The position numbers and the translations under genes are program-made. The notes beneath the pieces were generated by a model. The model saw only the letters and a program-made list of their open reading frames with translations, was not told the origin of the DNA and ran no database searches. A stretch of 64,000 nucleotides of DNA from an uncultured Thermoleophilia bacterium (GTDB lineage: Bacteria; Actinomycetota; Thermoleophilia; UBA2241): contig CAVQSP010000020.1 in the NCBI GenBank assembly GCA_963715985.1, positions 226,279 through 290,278 on the forward strand. Direction: 5' to 3'. Shown here piece by piece: positions 28,637-39,492 of the stretch (positions are counted from its first letter, which is position 1; every line of letters starts with the position of its first letter).

Positions 28637-29380
28637 ATGAATTCGTCCGTCGGTGGGAGCAAGCGGCAACAGAGGGTGGGGGGCATGGCAGCACTCTACC
28701 TGGCTGCAGCCTTCGTGGTGGCGATGTTCTACTTCCTCGTGTTCGTCAAGTACCCGAGTGTGGTGGATCCCGTTGAGAAGGTGACCCTGCTCGTGAGCAA
28801 CCACGACAGCATGCGGGTCATGTATCTGGTCACGTACGTCATCTTCGGCATCGTGCTGGCCGTCCTGGCGCTGGCGCTCCACGCACGCCTGAAGGACGAA
28901 GCCCCGGCCTTGGCTCAGGCGGCGACCGCCGTGGGACTCATATGGGCCTTCGTGCTCGTTGCGAGCGGGTTGATCTTCAACGCCGGCGCGGCGGCGGTCG
29001 TCGGGCTCCACGGCACCAGTCCGGACCAGGCCGTGGCGGCCTGGCAGGCGATCGAGCCCGTGGCCCAAGGCCTCGGCGGATCCGGCGGTGAGCTGCTCGG
29101 CGGTCTGTGGGTCCTGCTCGTGAGCGTGGCTGCTCTGCGCACCAGGGGACTGCCCAAAGTGCTGAACTGGTTCGGAGTGGCGATCGGCGTCGTGGGTGTC
29201 CTCTCAGTCGTGCCGGCACTCAACGAAGTGGCGTACGGCTTCGGGCTGCTGGAGATCGTGTGGTTCGTGTGGCTGGGCATCGTCATGCTGCGCACGAGGT
29301 CACGCGTCGCCGCTCCGGCGAGGCAGAGAGCTGAGGCCCTCGAGCCAGGGAGTAGCTTCCTGCCTTCCACTTCGCTCTAG
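28637..29380 (+). CDS. DUF4386-like membrane protein
   Basis: About 6 TM segments, GGSGGELLGGLW, divergent from TetR. Confidence 0.7.
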   Translation: MNSSVGGSKRQQRVGGMAALYLAAAFVVAMFYFLVFVKYPSVVDPVEKVTLLVSNHDSMRVMYLVTYVIFGIVLAVLALALHARLKDEAPALAQAATAVGLIWAFVLVASGLIFNAGAAAVVGLHGTSPDQAVAAWQAIEPVAQGLGGSGGELLGGLWVLLVSVAALRTRGLPKVLNWFGVAIGVVGVLSVVPALNEVAYGFGLLEIVWFVWLGIVMLRTRSRVAAPARQRAEALEPGSSFLPSTSL

Positions 29381-29490
29381 CAACGGCATGCAGCAGAGAG
29401 CGCGCCCCGCTCGGGTACTCTGGACAAGGGAGACGTCGGGGCGCGCTCCAGCTGATGCCGAAACACGTCGGACAGGCCAGGTGAGGCACG

Positions 29491-29685
29491 ATGATCAAGG
29501 TCAGCATGCGCTCTGCCGCGCGAGAGGACGAGCAGTTCCTCTCCTCGGTGTACTGCGGCAACATGCGCCACGTGGTCGAGCAGACGTGAGGCTGGGATGA
29601 CGCGTGGCAACTCGCTGAGTTCAGAGTGACGCAGGTCGAACCGCCCTTCGTGCGCATGCGCCATGACACGCGGTCGGCTGACTGA
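29491..29685 (+). pseudogene. GNAT acetyltransferase remnant
   Basis: MRSAAREDEQFL..VEQT*GWDDAWQ with in-frame TGA at 29587 and missing core. Confidence 0.5.
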
Positions 29686-30020
29686 GACGCGCACCGAGCA
29701 GAACGCCCGATGGTCTGCCGCGCGGCGGCAGCTCCTCCGGCCGCGCTCCTCTCCCTCCACCGGGGTATCGGCCCCGGACCCGGCACAGGCTCGCCCGTCG
29801 ACGTTCGGCCGGCGGGACGTCGGGCCGGCTACCACCTGAGGGTGACGGGTCAGGGGCCAGCAGTAGTCTTGGCCTCCCCCCACGGTGGCCGCGGCGGCGC
29901 GTGAATACCCCTCCGCCGCGCTCCGTCATCCACCACCGCCGGGCGATTCGCGCTCGGAGTCCCCGCCGTAGTCTCAGGCCGCAGGGGACTCGTCAATCGC
30001 GCTCAAGAACGGAGTGGAGA

Positions 30021-30467
30021 ATGGACACGAACGAACGCACCGCCGGAATGCCGATGCCGCAGAAGCTCTCGCTGTTGTGGATCTTCATCATGTTCAACAT
30101 GGTCTTCGCGGACATTCTCTCCTTCATGTATCCCGGAGTCCTGAAGGACGTGCTGGCAGGGTACGCCGGCTCCATCCATTTCACTCCAGGTTTCTTGCTG
30201 GCAGCAGCGGTGGCGACTGAGATCCCGATCGCCATGATCGTGCTGTCCCGGGTACTGAAGCACGGAGCGAATCGGTGGGCGAACATCGTGGCGGGCGTGA
30301 TCACCATCGCGTACGTCGTAGGCGGTGGATCGCTCAATCAGATCCATTACCTCTTCTTTGCAGCCGTGCAGGTCGCGTGCGCTCTGCTGATCGTCTGGTC
30401 CGCGTGGAAGTGGCGTAGCCCTGCTACCTCGACGATCCCGGCCGTCGCGGTCGAGGTCGAGAGATGA
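30021..30467 (+). CDS. DUF6326-like membrane protein
   Basis: KLSLLWIFIMFNMVFADI, EIPIAMIVLS, NRWANI. Confidence 0.75.
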   Translation: MDTNERTAGMPMPQKLSLLWIFIMFNMVFADILSFMYPGVLKDVLAGYAGSIHFTPGFLLAAAVATEIPIAMIVLSRVLKHGANRWANIVAGVITIAYVVGGGSLNQIHYLFFAAVQVACALLIVWSAWKWRSPATSTIPAVAVEVER

Positions 30468-30646
30468 CTACGATGAGCTCAGAACGAAGAGCCGCGATCG
30501 CCGTCGGCGCTCTACAGAGTCGCAACGGCCGCAGGTCTGCCGGCTGCCGCCGCTCTGGGGTCCTTGCTGCAGGGCCCGGGCGCTCTGGCCAGTCTCGTTG
30601 CACATGGATCGAGGAAGGCCGCGGCCGGTGAATGAGGCCGGCGGAG

Positions 30647-30722
30647 TGGTGGCGAGGGTCAGAATTGAACTGACGACACCACGATTTTCAGTCGTGTGCT
30701 CTACCAACTGAGCTACCTCGCC
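30647..30722 (-). tRNA. tRNA-Phe (GAA), CCA encoded
   Basis: GGCGAGGTAGCTCAGTTGGTAGAGCACACGACTGAAAATCGTGGTGTCGTCAGTTCAATTCTGACCCTCGCCACCA cloverleaf. Confidence 0.97.
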
Positions 30723-30873
30723 ACCGGGAAGAACGCAGCTCCCGGAAGAGCGCGCCCCATGCTACCCACGGGGCCGGGGACGGTCAACCGGAGCGGGGCG
30801 CAGGATGAGCGCAGGGCGACCCTGTCAAGGCGTCGGCAGCCAAGCAGCCCGGCCGGCCGGCGCCGGTCTCGCC

Positions 30874-31587
30874 TCACCAGCCGGTGGTGTCCAGCTCCGA
30901 CGCCTTCTCCACGCTGTCCGGCTCTTCCTCGGGCAGGAAGGCTTTGATGAGGTCCTTCTCCTTGCCTCTGGGGACCAGGCACAGTACGTAGTCACCGGCG
31001 AGGATCATCGTCGAGCCGCGCGCCACCAGCGCCTGCCCGGCGCGCACGATGGCGGCCAGCAGGACCCCGGACGGCAGGTCGATGTCCTGCACATACGCGT
31101 CGGCGAAGGCCGAGTTCTCGCTGACCTCCATCTCCACGAGCTCGAGCCCTTCGTGGCGCAGCGACAGCAGGTGCACGAACTTGTGTTCAGGCAGCTCGTG
31201 CATGATGAGGCGCAGCATGGCGGTGGTGGCGCACACGGTGTTCTCGACGCCGAGCAGATCGAAGGTCGCCTGGTTGAAGGGGTTGTTGACGCGGGCCACG
31301 ATCTTGGGCACGCCGAACTTGAGCTTGGCGATCTGCGAGATGACGATGTTGTCCTCGTCGTCGCCGGTGACGGCCACGATCATGTCGCAGCGGCCGATGC
31401 CGGCCTTCTCGAGCACCCAGACCTCGGTGCCGTCGCCGAACACCAGGCCTTCCTGTCCCAGCTCTTCCTCGATGAGGTCAAAGCGGCTCTTGCGCTGTTC
31501 CACCAGCACGATCTCGTGACCGAGTTGCTGGAGCTGGCGCGCGGTGTTGAGACCGACCTTGCCACCCCCGACGATGAGCACGAACAC
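30874..31587 (-). CDS. trkA: TrkA family K+ uptake regulator (RCK_N + RCK_C)
   Basis: IVGGGKVG, VTGDDEDN, ARVNNP. Confidence 0.88.
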   Translation of the reverse strand: MFVLIVGGGKVGLNTARQLQQLGHEIVLVEQRKSRFDLIEEELGQEGLVFGDGTEVWVLEKAGIGRCDMIVAVTGDDEDNIVISQIAKLKFGVPKIVARVNNPFNQATFDLLGVENTVCATTAMLRLIMHELPEHKFVHLLSLRHEGLELVEMEVSENSAFADAYVQDIDLPSGVLLAAIVRAGQALVARGSTMILAGDYVLCLVPRGKEKDLIKAFLPEEEPDSVEKASELDTTGW

Positions 31588-31590
31588 CGC

Positions 31591-32013
31591 TCAGCCCTCC
31601 GCTCTCGGCAGCTGACAGGACCGTACGGCGTCGAGCAGGGAGACGCGCACGTCACGCGTGGGGCACACCGTGCGGATGCCGGCCTGCGCGAACAGCTCGG
31701 CGCGCAGCGGATCGTAGACGCGGGCCACCACGCACTTGACGCCGTAGCGCTTCTGCACGATCTGGGAGACGACGATGTTGGTGTTGTCGCCGTCCGTGCA
31801 GGCGACGAAGGCGACGGCCTCCTTGACACGCCCCGCGCGAAGGACGTCCCAGTCAAGCGCGCGGCCGACGATGAACTCGCCGGGGAAGTCGTCGCCGAGC
31901 AGGTGGAACGATTCGGGACTCTCGTCGATGATGACGACGTCGAAGCCCTGGGAGACGAGATCCCGTGCGAGCCCGGATCCAACGCGCCCGCAGCCTGCGA
32001 TCAGAACGTGCAT
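31591..32013 (-). CDS. TrkA family protein (RCK_N only)
   Basis: IAGCGRVG, TDGDNTN, ARVYDP. Confidence 0.85.
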   Translation of the reverse strand: MHVLIAGCGRVGSGLARDLVSQGFDVVIIDESPESFHLLGDDFPGEFIVGRALDWDVLRAGRVKEAVAFVACTDGDNTNIVVSQIVQKRYGVKCVVARVYDPLRAELFAQAGIRTVCPTRDVRVSLLDAVRSCQLPRAEG

Positions 32014-32023
32014 GCCTCACCTC

Positions 32024-34243
32024 TCACTGGTTGGGCCCGGAGTCCCGGCCGGCGTCCGGCACGCCGGCGCTATCGCCTGCGCCCTGCGCGGAACGGCCCG
32101 GGGTCGTGGGGCCGACATCGAGGGACGTGGAGCCCTCGGGCATGTAGCTCTTGGGCACGAGATTGAGCAGGACCTCACACGGCGCGTGGTCGATGACGTA
32201 GTCGGTGGTACGGCCGAACACAAGGTCGCCGATGCGACGCTTGCGAGCGGTGCCCAGGATGATGACCTCCGAGCGTCTCAGCTCGGCCTCCTCCACGATC
32301 GCGCGCCCCGCCTGCCGCGCGGTCACGATGTGCGGAGTGAACCTGACCTTGAACGTCTGCGCGATGACGCCGGCGGACTTGAGGATCTTGTCCGCCTTGG
32401 CGCGTTCGTTGACGAGGCGCGCCTCCAGCGGCAGGTTCAGCGGTACCTCGATGACATACATTCCAACGATGGACGAATTCTTCTCCGTTGCCAGCTGGCA
32501 GGCAAGCACCATCATCTCGTCGCTGATCCGTGAGCCCACGATGGGTACCAGGATCTGGTGATAGTCGATGTCGGCCTGCATGGACTCGGGCACGACGACC
32601 TTCTCCAGCGTCTTGGTCAGCGAGTAGCCCTTGGCCTTGCGGTAGACGACGTACATGAGCAGGCCGGCGCCCATCCAGATGAAACCGATGGTGCGCCCGA
32701 ACGGATGCGTGGCGACGACGACGCACCACACCGTGAAGGTGCCGAGCCCGCCGACCACGGCGAGCACCGGCACGGACATCTTGCCCACGCGGATGTTGAG
32801 CGGCGTGCGGAACGGCCGCGGGTAGTCAGGCTCCTTGTGGCGCAGCCAGACCACCGAGACGTGAGCGACTGTGAACGAGATCATCGCGCCAAAGGCATAC
32901 AGGTCGGCGAGCAGGCTGATCGTGTTGCCGGGCAACAACAGCAGGACGCAGGCGACGCCGCCGAAGACGATGATCGCCACGTAAGGGGTGAGGCGTTTTG
33001 GATGGATGCGGCCCAGCTGCGGCGGCACCTGCCGGTGCTGCCCCAGCGAGTAGGCGAGCCGGGACACGCCGATCAGGCCGGCGTTGGTGGCGATGAGCAG
33101 GATCGTGGCGGCGAGGATGCCCACCCACGGCATCAGGATGGTCTTGAGCCAGCCCAGGTCCGTGGGCAGAAAGCGCACGATGCCGACGACGGGGTCCTCC
33201 TTGTAGACGCTGCCCAGCAGCGACCCGTACAGCTTCGTGTACTCCGTTCCCCCCTGGGTGAACGTCTCCGCGGCGGGCTTCTGCGCCGGGATGACCCACC
33301 GGCCTCCCGTCAGCTCGGCGGGGACGTACACGTCGGCGCTCGTGTTGCCCGGTGGCGGCGTACCCTTGAACACGAAGGGCCCGTTGGGTTCGTCCTTGCT
33401 CTTGGCCACGACCTCGACGGGCACGGTCTGACCGGTCTTGGCGTCGACGACGAGCACGTTGGGCTTGACCGGCATGGCGGACAGCGCCGTCATCGAGATC
33501 CCCAGGTAGACGACGAGGACGGCGATGAGCACGAGGTTGATGGCCCGCGGCACGTCACGGTCGGGGTTCGCCGCCTCCTCCGACATGTTGGAGATGGTCT
33601 CGATGCCCGTGTAGGCGATGGTCCCGATGGAGATGCCATAGATGAGGTGCGCCCAGGTGGGCGCGACACCGATGTGGACCTGGTCGATGAGCAGCTTGGG
33701 CTGGAGCAGCAGGACCACACCGATGACCATGAGCAGCACCTGCGTGCCGAGGTCGAGCAGCGCGAGGACGATGTTGAGCCGCGCCGCTTCCTTGATGCCG
33801 ACGACGTTGATCGCAACGAGGGCAAGGATGGTGACGATGCCGCCGATCGAGTTGTACGGGAAGGTCTTGAGGGCCGGCCAGAAGACGGCGAGGTAGTTCG
33901 GGACGAAGTAGGCGCTGATGGCCACGGTGACGATGTAGTCGAGCATCAAAGCCCAGCCGGCGCCGAAGCTGACGAACTCGTTGAAGGCGCGGCGCCCGAA
34001 GCTCGACGAGCCGCCGGCCTCAGGCACCATGGCCGTCGCCTCAGCGTAGGACCAGGCCGTGGTGCAGAAGAGAAGGCCCGTCAGCAGGAAGACGACCGGC
34101 GTCACGCCCAGAGCCCACAGTGCGACGAGGCCCAGCGCGTAGTAGATGGACGAGCCGACGTTGCCGTACGCGGTGCTGAAGAGCGCGGGTACACCGAGGA
34201 CCTTCTTGAGGCTTTCGCCCTCTCTGTGCTTTCTGCGCGCCAC
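32024..34243 (-). CDS. APC family permease fused to universal stress protein domain
   Basis: YGNVGSSIYY, AYTGIE, C-terminal USP (ILVPI..FGRTTDYVIDHAPCEV). Confidence 0.88.
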   Translation of the reverse strand: MARRKHREGESLKKVLGVPALFSTAYGNVGSSIYYALGLVALWALGVTPVVFLLTGLLFCTTAWSYAEATAMVPEAGGSSSFGRRAFNEFVSFGAGWALMLDYIVTVAISAYFVPNYLAVFWPALKTFPYNSIGGIVTILALVAINVVGIKEAARLNIVLALLDLGTQVLLMVIGVVLLLQPKLLIDQVHIGVAPTWAHLIYGISIGTIAYTGIETISNMSEEAANPDRDVPRAINLVLIAVLVVYLGISMTALSAMPVKPNVLVVDAKTGQTVPVEVVAKSKDEPNGPFVFKGTPPPGNTSADVYVPAELTGGRWVIPAQKPAAETFTQGGTEYTKLYGSLLGSVYKEDPVVGIVRFLPTDLGWLKTILMPWVGILAATILLIATNAGLIGVSRLAYSLGQHRQVPPQLGRIHPKRLTPYVAIIVFGGVACVLLLLPGNTISLLADLYAFGAMISFTVAHVSVVWLRHKEPDYPRPFRTPLNIRVGKMSVPVLAVVGGLGTFTVWCVVVATHPFGRTIGFIWMGAGLLMYVVYRKAKGYSLTKTLEKVVVPESMQADIDYHQILVPIVGSRISDEMMVLACQLATEKNSSIVGMYVIEVPLNLPLEARLVNERAKADKILKSAGVIAQTFKVRFTPHIVTARQAGRAIVEEAELRRSEVIILGTARKRRIGDLVFGRTTDYVIDHAPCEVLLNLVPKSYMPEGSTSLDVGPTTPGRSAQGAGDSAGVPDAGRDSGPNQ

Positions 34244-34258
34244 CTCAGTCCACCTTGA

Positions 34259-34420
34259 TCACGTCATGTAGCGCCAGCGCAGCACCGCGAACACCACGAG
34301 CAGCACGCCGGCGAGCAACTGGATCGAGAGTGGCCACACGCCCCCCCAGGCGCCGCGCACGATGAGGAGCACGCCGAGGACACCCATGATGGTGGTGATG
34401 ATCTTTCGCGCCGTCCACAT
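34259..34420 (-). CDS. Small 2-TM membrane protein (53 aa)
   Basis: MWTARKIITTIMGVLGVLLIVRGAWGGVWPLSIQLLAGVLLVVFAVLRWRYMT; GGAG SD; ends 15 nt before APC start. Confidence 0.7.
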   Translation of the reverse strand: MWTARKIITTIMGVLGVLLIVRGAWGGVWPLSIQLLAGVLLVVFAVLRWRYMT

Positions 34421-34617
34421 GCTCCACTATCCGCAGAAAAGCCGGTCCGGGTGCGGACCGGCTTGCCCGCACAGTAGCACCGTGTGACACCCGGTACAAG
34501 ATGTCCCATTGAGCCTGAGGATCGCCGTTCTCCACGGCCGGACCAGACCGCGCCGGGGGCGGCCGTACGGCCGCCCCCGGCGCCTCCAGAGGCGGAGCAG
34601 GAGCTCCGCCGGAACGT

Positions 34618-36774
34618 CTACTTGATGAGGAACGGGATGACGAGCAGGGCCACGATGTTGATGACCTTGATCATCGGGTTGATGGCCGGGCCGGCGGTGT
34701 CCTTATAGGGGTCGCCGACCGTGTCGCCGGTGACGGCGGCCGCGTGGGCGTCGGAGCCCTTGCCGCCGTACTCGCCGTCCTCGATGAGCTTCTTGGCGTT
34801 GTCCCAGGCGCCACCGCCGCTGGTCATGCTGATGGCCAGGAAGATGCCGGTGATGATGCAGCCCATGAGCACGCCGCCGAGCACTTCATAACCGTGCTGG
34901 CGGAAGGCGATGCCGATGATGATCGGGGTCAGCACCGGGATGGCGGCCGGCAGCAGCATCTTGCTGATCGCCGACTTGGTGACGATGTCGACGGCCTTGG
35001 CGTAGTCCGGCTTCTGGCTGCCGTCCATGATGCCGGGCATCTCGCGGAACTGGCGTCGGACCTCTTCGACGACCTGGCCGCCGGCCTTGCCCACGGCCTT
35101 CATGCAGAGCGAGGCGAAGAGGTACGGGAGCATGCCGCCGATGAAGAGGCCGGCGAGCACCCAGGGATTGTCGATCATGAACGAGATGACGCCCTTGAAG
35201 TCGTACTTCTGCAGGAAGTGCTCCTGCAGGTCGAGCGTGTACGAGACGAACAGGATGAGCGCGGCGAAGCCGGCCGACCCGATGGCGTAGCCCTTGGTGA
35301 TGGCCTTGGTGGTGTTGCCGACCGCGTCGAGGGGGTCGGTGGTCTGGCGTACCGACTCCGGCATGTTCGCCATCTCGGCGATGCCGCCGGCGTTGTCGGT
35401 GATGGGGCCGTAGGCGTCGATGGCGACGATGATGCCGGTCATGGAGAGCATGGCCATGACGGCGACGGCGATGCCGTAGAGGCCGGCCTGCCCGCCGCCG
35501 GCGGCGGTGTAGCTGACCAGGATGCCGGCGGCGATGACCAGCACCGGCAGGGCGGTGGACTGCATCGAGACGGCGAGGCCCTGGATGATGTTGGTGGCGT
35601 GGCCGGTGAGGCTCGCCTTGGCGATGCTCTTCACCGGGTCGTAGCGGCTGGCCGTGTAGTACTCCGTGATGACCACGATGAGGGCGGTCACGACGACGCC
35701 GGTGACGGCGGCGAGGAAGAGCCGGTTCACGCTGGGGACGCCGAAGGCCGCGGCGGCCTTGTTGCCGAGCATCCACTGCGTGATCGGATAGAAGAGCACG
35801 ATGGCGATGACGGCGGAGACTGAGAGGCCCTTGTAGAGGGCGTTCATGATGTTGTTGCTCTTGCCGAGCCGCACGAAGAACGTGCCGATGATGCTGGCGA
35901 TGATGCTCACGCCGCCGATCACGAGCGGGTAGAGCACCGCCGGCTTGTACACGACGTCGGCGTTGACGTGGATGAGCAGGCCCTTGGTGATGCCGGTGAC
36001 ATCCACCGCTCCGCGGAACGTGAGGAAGGCGAGGAGCATCGCGGCGACGGCCGTGACGGCGTACGTCTCAAAGAGGTCGGCGGCCATGCCGGCGCAGTCA
36101 CCGACGTTGTCACCGACGTTGTCTGCGATGACGGCCGGGTTGCGCGGGTCGTCCTCGGGGATGCCCGCCTCGACCTTGCCGACCAGGTCGGCGCCCACGT
36201 CGGCGGCCTTGGTGAAGATGCCGCCGCCGACGCGCGCGAACACGCTGATGAGGCTGCCGCCGAAGCCGAGGCCCACGAGGGCGGCGACGTCGCCGGTGAT
36301 CCAGTAGTAGACGCTGACCCCGAGTAGCGCCAGGCCGACCACAAGCAGGCCGGTGACGGCGCCGCCGCGGAAGGCGACGGTGAGGGCCCGTCCGAGGCCC
36401 TGGCGCGCAGCCTCGGCGGTACGCACGTTGACGCGCACGCTGACCATCATGCCGATGTAGCCGGCGGCGGCCGAGAGGCAGGCGCCGACGACGAACCCGA
36501 CGGCGGCGTGCCAGCCGTAGGTCCAGTCCTTGCCGACGCCGAGCGCCACGAGCAGGACGACGAAGACGACCACCCCGACCATGGCGATCGTGCGGTACTG
36601 CCGCGCGAGGTAGGCCTTGGCACCTTCCTGCACGGCGCCGGCGATCCTCTGCATGACCTCGTCGCCGGCCGGCAGCGCGAGCAGCCACCTGATGAGCAGG
36701 ATGCCGTAGACCACGGCGATCAGCCCACAGATGACTGCCACGAGAATGGCGTTGTTGGACACGAACGAAGACAC
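34618..36774 (-). CDS. hppA: Membrane H+-translocating pyrophosphatase, K+-independent type
   Basis: [26 protein letters not shown] (Lys signature), [10 protein letters not shown]. Confidence 0.95.
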   Translation of the reverse strand: MSSFVSNNAILVAVICGLIAVVYGILLIRWLLALPAGDEVMQRIAGAVQEGAKAYLARQYRTIAMVGVVVFVVLLVALGVGKDWTYGWHAAVGFVVGACLSAAAGYIGMMVSVRVNVRTAEAARQGLGRALTVAFRGGAVTGLLVVGLALLGVSVYYWITGDVAALVGLGFGGSLISVFARVGGGIFTKAADVGADLVGKVEAGIPEDDPRNPAVIADNVGDNVGDCAGMAADLFETYAVTAVAAMLLAFLTFRGAVDVTGITKGLLIHVNADVVYKPAVLYPLVIGGVSIIASIIGTFFVRLGKSNNIMNALYKGLSVSAVIAIVLFYPITQWMLGNKAAAAFGVPSVNRLFLAAVTGVVVTALIVVITEYYTASRYDPVKSIAKASLTGHATNIIQGLAVSMQSTALPVLVIAAGILVSYTAAGGGQAGLYGIAVAVMAMLSMTGIIVAIDAYGPITDNAGGIAEMANMPESVRQTTDPLDAVGNTTKAITKGYAIGSAGFAALILFVSYTLDLQEHFLQKYDFKGVISFMIDNPWVLAGLFIGGMLPYLFASLCMKAVGKAGGQVVEEVRRQFREMPGIMDGSQKPDYAKAVDIVTKSAISKMLLPAAIPVLTPIIIGIAFRQHGYEVLGGVLMGCIITGIFLAISMTSGGGAWDNAKKLIEDGEYGGKGSDAHAAAVTGDTVGDPYKDTAGPAINPMIKVINIVALLVIPFLIK

Positions 36775-36921
36775 TGCGTAGCTCCTTTCCCGACTCCACA
36801 TGGAGCTCTCCGCGTGTCACCCGGCGGTCGGCCCCACCCCTCGACGCGCCGGCGCCCCCTGGCGCCTCTCGCGTCGTTCCTTTCCAGAGACCACGCTGCC
36901 TGCGAGGCAGCGCGGCTCGCG

Positions 36922-37791
36922 TCACCGCAGGTACTTGCCGATCAGAAGGTCGAGCTTCTCCTTCGTCGCGGCCGGAATGAGATCGGCTGGCGTGTTGATG
37001 GCGAACTCCACGGCATGACGGCAGGCGCAGTCGCGCTCCTCGTCCAGCGCCTTGACCACGTGGCGCACGATGGCCTGAGCGGTCTCCACGTTGCGGCGCA
37101 CGTTCTCGAGGACCGTCTCCAGCGTGACGTCCTCTTCGCCCTCGTACCACACGTCGTAGTCGGTGACCATGGCCATGGTGGCGTAGCACAGCTCCGCTTC
37201 GCGCGCGAGCTTGGCCTCCTGCAGGTTGGTCATGCCGATGATGTCGAAGCCGAGCTGGCGATACACCTTGCTCTCGGCCCTCGTCGAGAACTGTGGGCCC
37301 TCGATGCACACGTAGGTACCGCCCTCGTGCACGGTCGCGCCCACTGCGCGCCCGTGCTCGACGAGCAGCCGGGAGACGTGGGGGCAGAAGGGATCGGCGA
37401 AGCCCATGTGCACGACCACACCGTCCCCGAAGAACGTGCTCGGCCGCGCCTTGGTGCGGTCGAAGAGCTGGTCCGGGACCACCACGTCGAGCGGCTTGAG
37501 CTCCTCGCGGAGGCTGCCGACGGCGCTGGCGGAGAGCACGGAGTGCACGCCCAGCGCCTTCATCCCCCAGATGTTGGCGCGGTAGTTGACCTCGCCCGGG
37601 AGGATACGGTGCCCGCGCGCATGACGGGGCAGGAACGCGACCGGCACACCGTCGATGTCGCCGAGGAAGTACGAATCGCTGGGGGGTCCGAAGGGAGTGT
37701 CGATGGCGACCTCGCGAGCGTTGTCGAGCAGCTCGTAGAAGCCGGACCCGCCGATCACCCCGACCTTGGCAGAATCGTTGACGGCCGCCAC
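36922..37791 (-). CDS. mtnP: S-methyl-5'-thioadenosine phosphorylase
   Basis: IGGSG, PRH, NYRANIW, EGPQFSTRAES, GMT, VTDYD. Confidence 0.92.
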   Translation of the reverse strand: MAAVNDSAKVGVIGGSGFYELLDNAREVAIDTPFGPPSDSYFLGDIDGVPVAFLPRHARGHRILPGEVNYRANIWGMKALGVHSVLSASAVGSLREELKPLDVVVPDQLFDRTKARPSTFFGDGVVVHMGFADPFCPHVSRLLVEHGRAVGATVHEGGTYVCIEGPQFSTRAESKVYRQLGFDIIGMTNLQEAKLAREAELCYATMAMVTDYDVWYEGEEDVTLETVLENVRRNVETAQAIVRHVVKALDEERDCACRHAVEFAINTPADLIPAATKEKLDLLIGKYLR

Positions 37792-38056
37792 AAATCCCTC
37801 CCTGTAGACCGGTTGCCGGGCGAAGTATACAGGGCTGGAGGCGAGGCACAAAGGAGCGCTGGTGCTATCCGCCATACGGATACCCCAACCGTATGCCGAA
37901 ACGGCCACTCTCAACGCGGGCGATGCGCCGGAGTGGCTCAGGAGGCCGCGCGCGACGCGCACGCGAAGTGATACTGTCTTGTCGCGACCCCACCCGAGAG
38001 CCGCTCTCCCCCGCTCCGCGGGCCCCGGCGGCATGGTTTGAGTGAAGGAGTCAATC

Positions 38057-38752
38057 GTGCCGAAGAACAAGGTCGTTCCCATCGAGGAGGCGATGTCGCA
38101 CGTCAAGAGCGGCATGAGCATCGCCGTCGGCGGGTTCATCGGTCAGGGCGACCCGCTCACGCTCATCGACTACCTCAAGACGATGGACGTGAAGGACCTG
38201 ACGATCTACGAGAACGACGCCGGGTACCGCGAGCGCGGCGTCGTGGAGCTGGTCAAGCAGGGCAAGATCAAGAAGGTGGTGGCCAGCCACGTGGGCACCA
38301 CCCCGGAGATCGGCAAGGCCATGAACGAGGGCCGCCTCGAGGTGGAGCCCACACCGCAGGGCACCCTTGCCGAGATGATGCGCTGCGGCGGCGCCGGCCT
38401 CGGCGGCTTTCTCACGCCCACAGGCGTCGGCACGGTGGCCGAGGAGGGCAAGCAGATCATCGAGCTCGAGGGGCGCAAGTACATCCTCGTCCCCGCTCTC
38501 AAGTGCGACATCGCCATCGTGCGCGCGCACGCCGGCGACACGTGGGGCAACCTCATCTTCCGGGGCACCTCGCGCAACTTCAACGTGCCGGCCGCGATGT
38601 GCGCCGAGTACACGATCGCCGAGGTGGAGAACCTCTACACGCTCGGCGAGCTCGACCCCAACGCCATCCACACCTCCGGCATCTTCGTGAACGCGGTGGT
38701 CCGCTCAGATGTCGAGTACTGCACGATCCGGGAGGAGGTCTTCAATGGCTAG
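38057..38752 (+). CDS. Family I CoA-transferase subunit A
   Basis: VGGF, PQGTLAE, GGAG, GNL..NFN. Confidence 0.9.
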   Translation: MPKNKVVPIEEAMSHVKSGMSIAVGGFIGQGDPLTLIDYLKTMDVKDLTIYENDAGYRERGVVELVKQGKIKKVVASHVGTTPEIGKAMNEGRLEVEPTPQGTLAEMMRCGGAGLGGFLTPTGVGTVAEEGKQIIELEGRKYILVPALKCDIAIVRAHAGDTWGNLIFRGTSRNFNVPAAMCAEYTIAEVENLYTLGELDPNAIHTSGIFVNAVVRSDVEYCTIREEVFNG

Positions 38753-39464
38753 CCGGCGCAGCAACGCTAGCGAGCGGGGCCCCGAAGGTGCACCGCTCAT
38801 TAGCGCGAAGACGGTCATCGCCGCCCGCGCCGGTCGCGAGCTCAAGGACGGGCAGATCATCAACCTCGGGATCGGTCTGCCGACGCTCATCGCAAACTAC
38901 GTCCCCGAGGGCGTCGACGTCGTCATCCAGACCGAGAACGGCGGCATCGGCGTCGGCCCCGCGCCCGAGCCGGGCTGCGAGGACCGCGACCGGGCCAACG
39001 CCGGCAACCAGCCCATCACGCTCATCCCGGGCGGCAGCTACTTCGACTCCGCCACGTCCTTCGCCATGATCCGCGGCGGCCACCTGGACGCCACGTTCCT
39101 CGGCACGCTGCAGGTCGACGAGAAGGGCAACATCGCCAACTGGATCGTGCCCGGCAAGATGCTCGCCGGCATGGGCGGCGCCATGGACCTGGTCACCGGC
39201 GCCAAGACCGTGTACATCGTCAGCGAGCACTGCTCCAAGGACGGCGCGTCCAAGCTCATGAAGGAGTGCACGTTCCCGCTCACGGGCGCCGAAGAGGCGG
39301 ACGTGATCATCACCGAGCGCGCCCTGTTCAGGCGTGTTCCCGCGACGGGCTGGGTACTGGAAGAGGTCGCCGCTGGGTACACCCTCGACGACATCGCCGC
39401 CTGTACGGACATGGCCTACACGGTGGCAGAGCAGGTCAAGCTCGACGCTTTCGGCGGCGAGTGA
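38745..39464 (+). CDS. Family I CoA-transferase subunit B
   Basis: NLGIGLPT, catalytic TENG, IRGGH, GMGGAMDL. Confidence 0.9.
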   Translation: MASRRSNASERGPEGAPLISAKTVIAARAGRELKDGQIINLGIGLPTLIANYVPEGVDVVIQTENGGIGVGPAPEPGCEDRDRANAGNQPITLIPGGSYFDSATSFAMIRGGHLDATFLGTLQVDEKGNIANWIVPGKMLAGMGGAMDLVTGAKTVYIVSEHCSKDGASKLMKECTFPLTGAEEADVIITERALFRRVPATGWVLEEVAAGYTLDDIAACTDMAYTVAEQVKLDAFGGE

Positions 39465-39492
39465 ACCGCGAGGAAGTCAAGGGAGCTCGGTC

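Noticed and set aside
29587-29589. In-frame TGA as selenocysteine or Trp recoding
   Set aside because: Falls where GNAT homologs usually have Trp in a truncated remnant; TGA is the normal stop throughout this window
27700-30722. Prophage or integrative element at tRNA-Phe
   Set aside because: No integrase, phage genes or duplicated tRNA 3' end found
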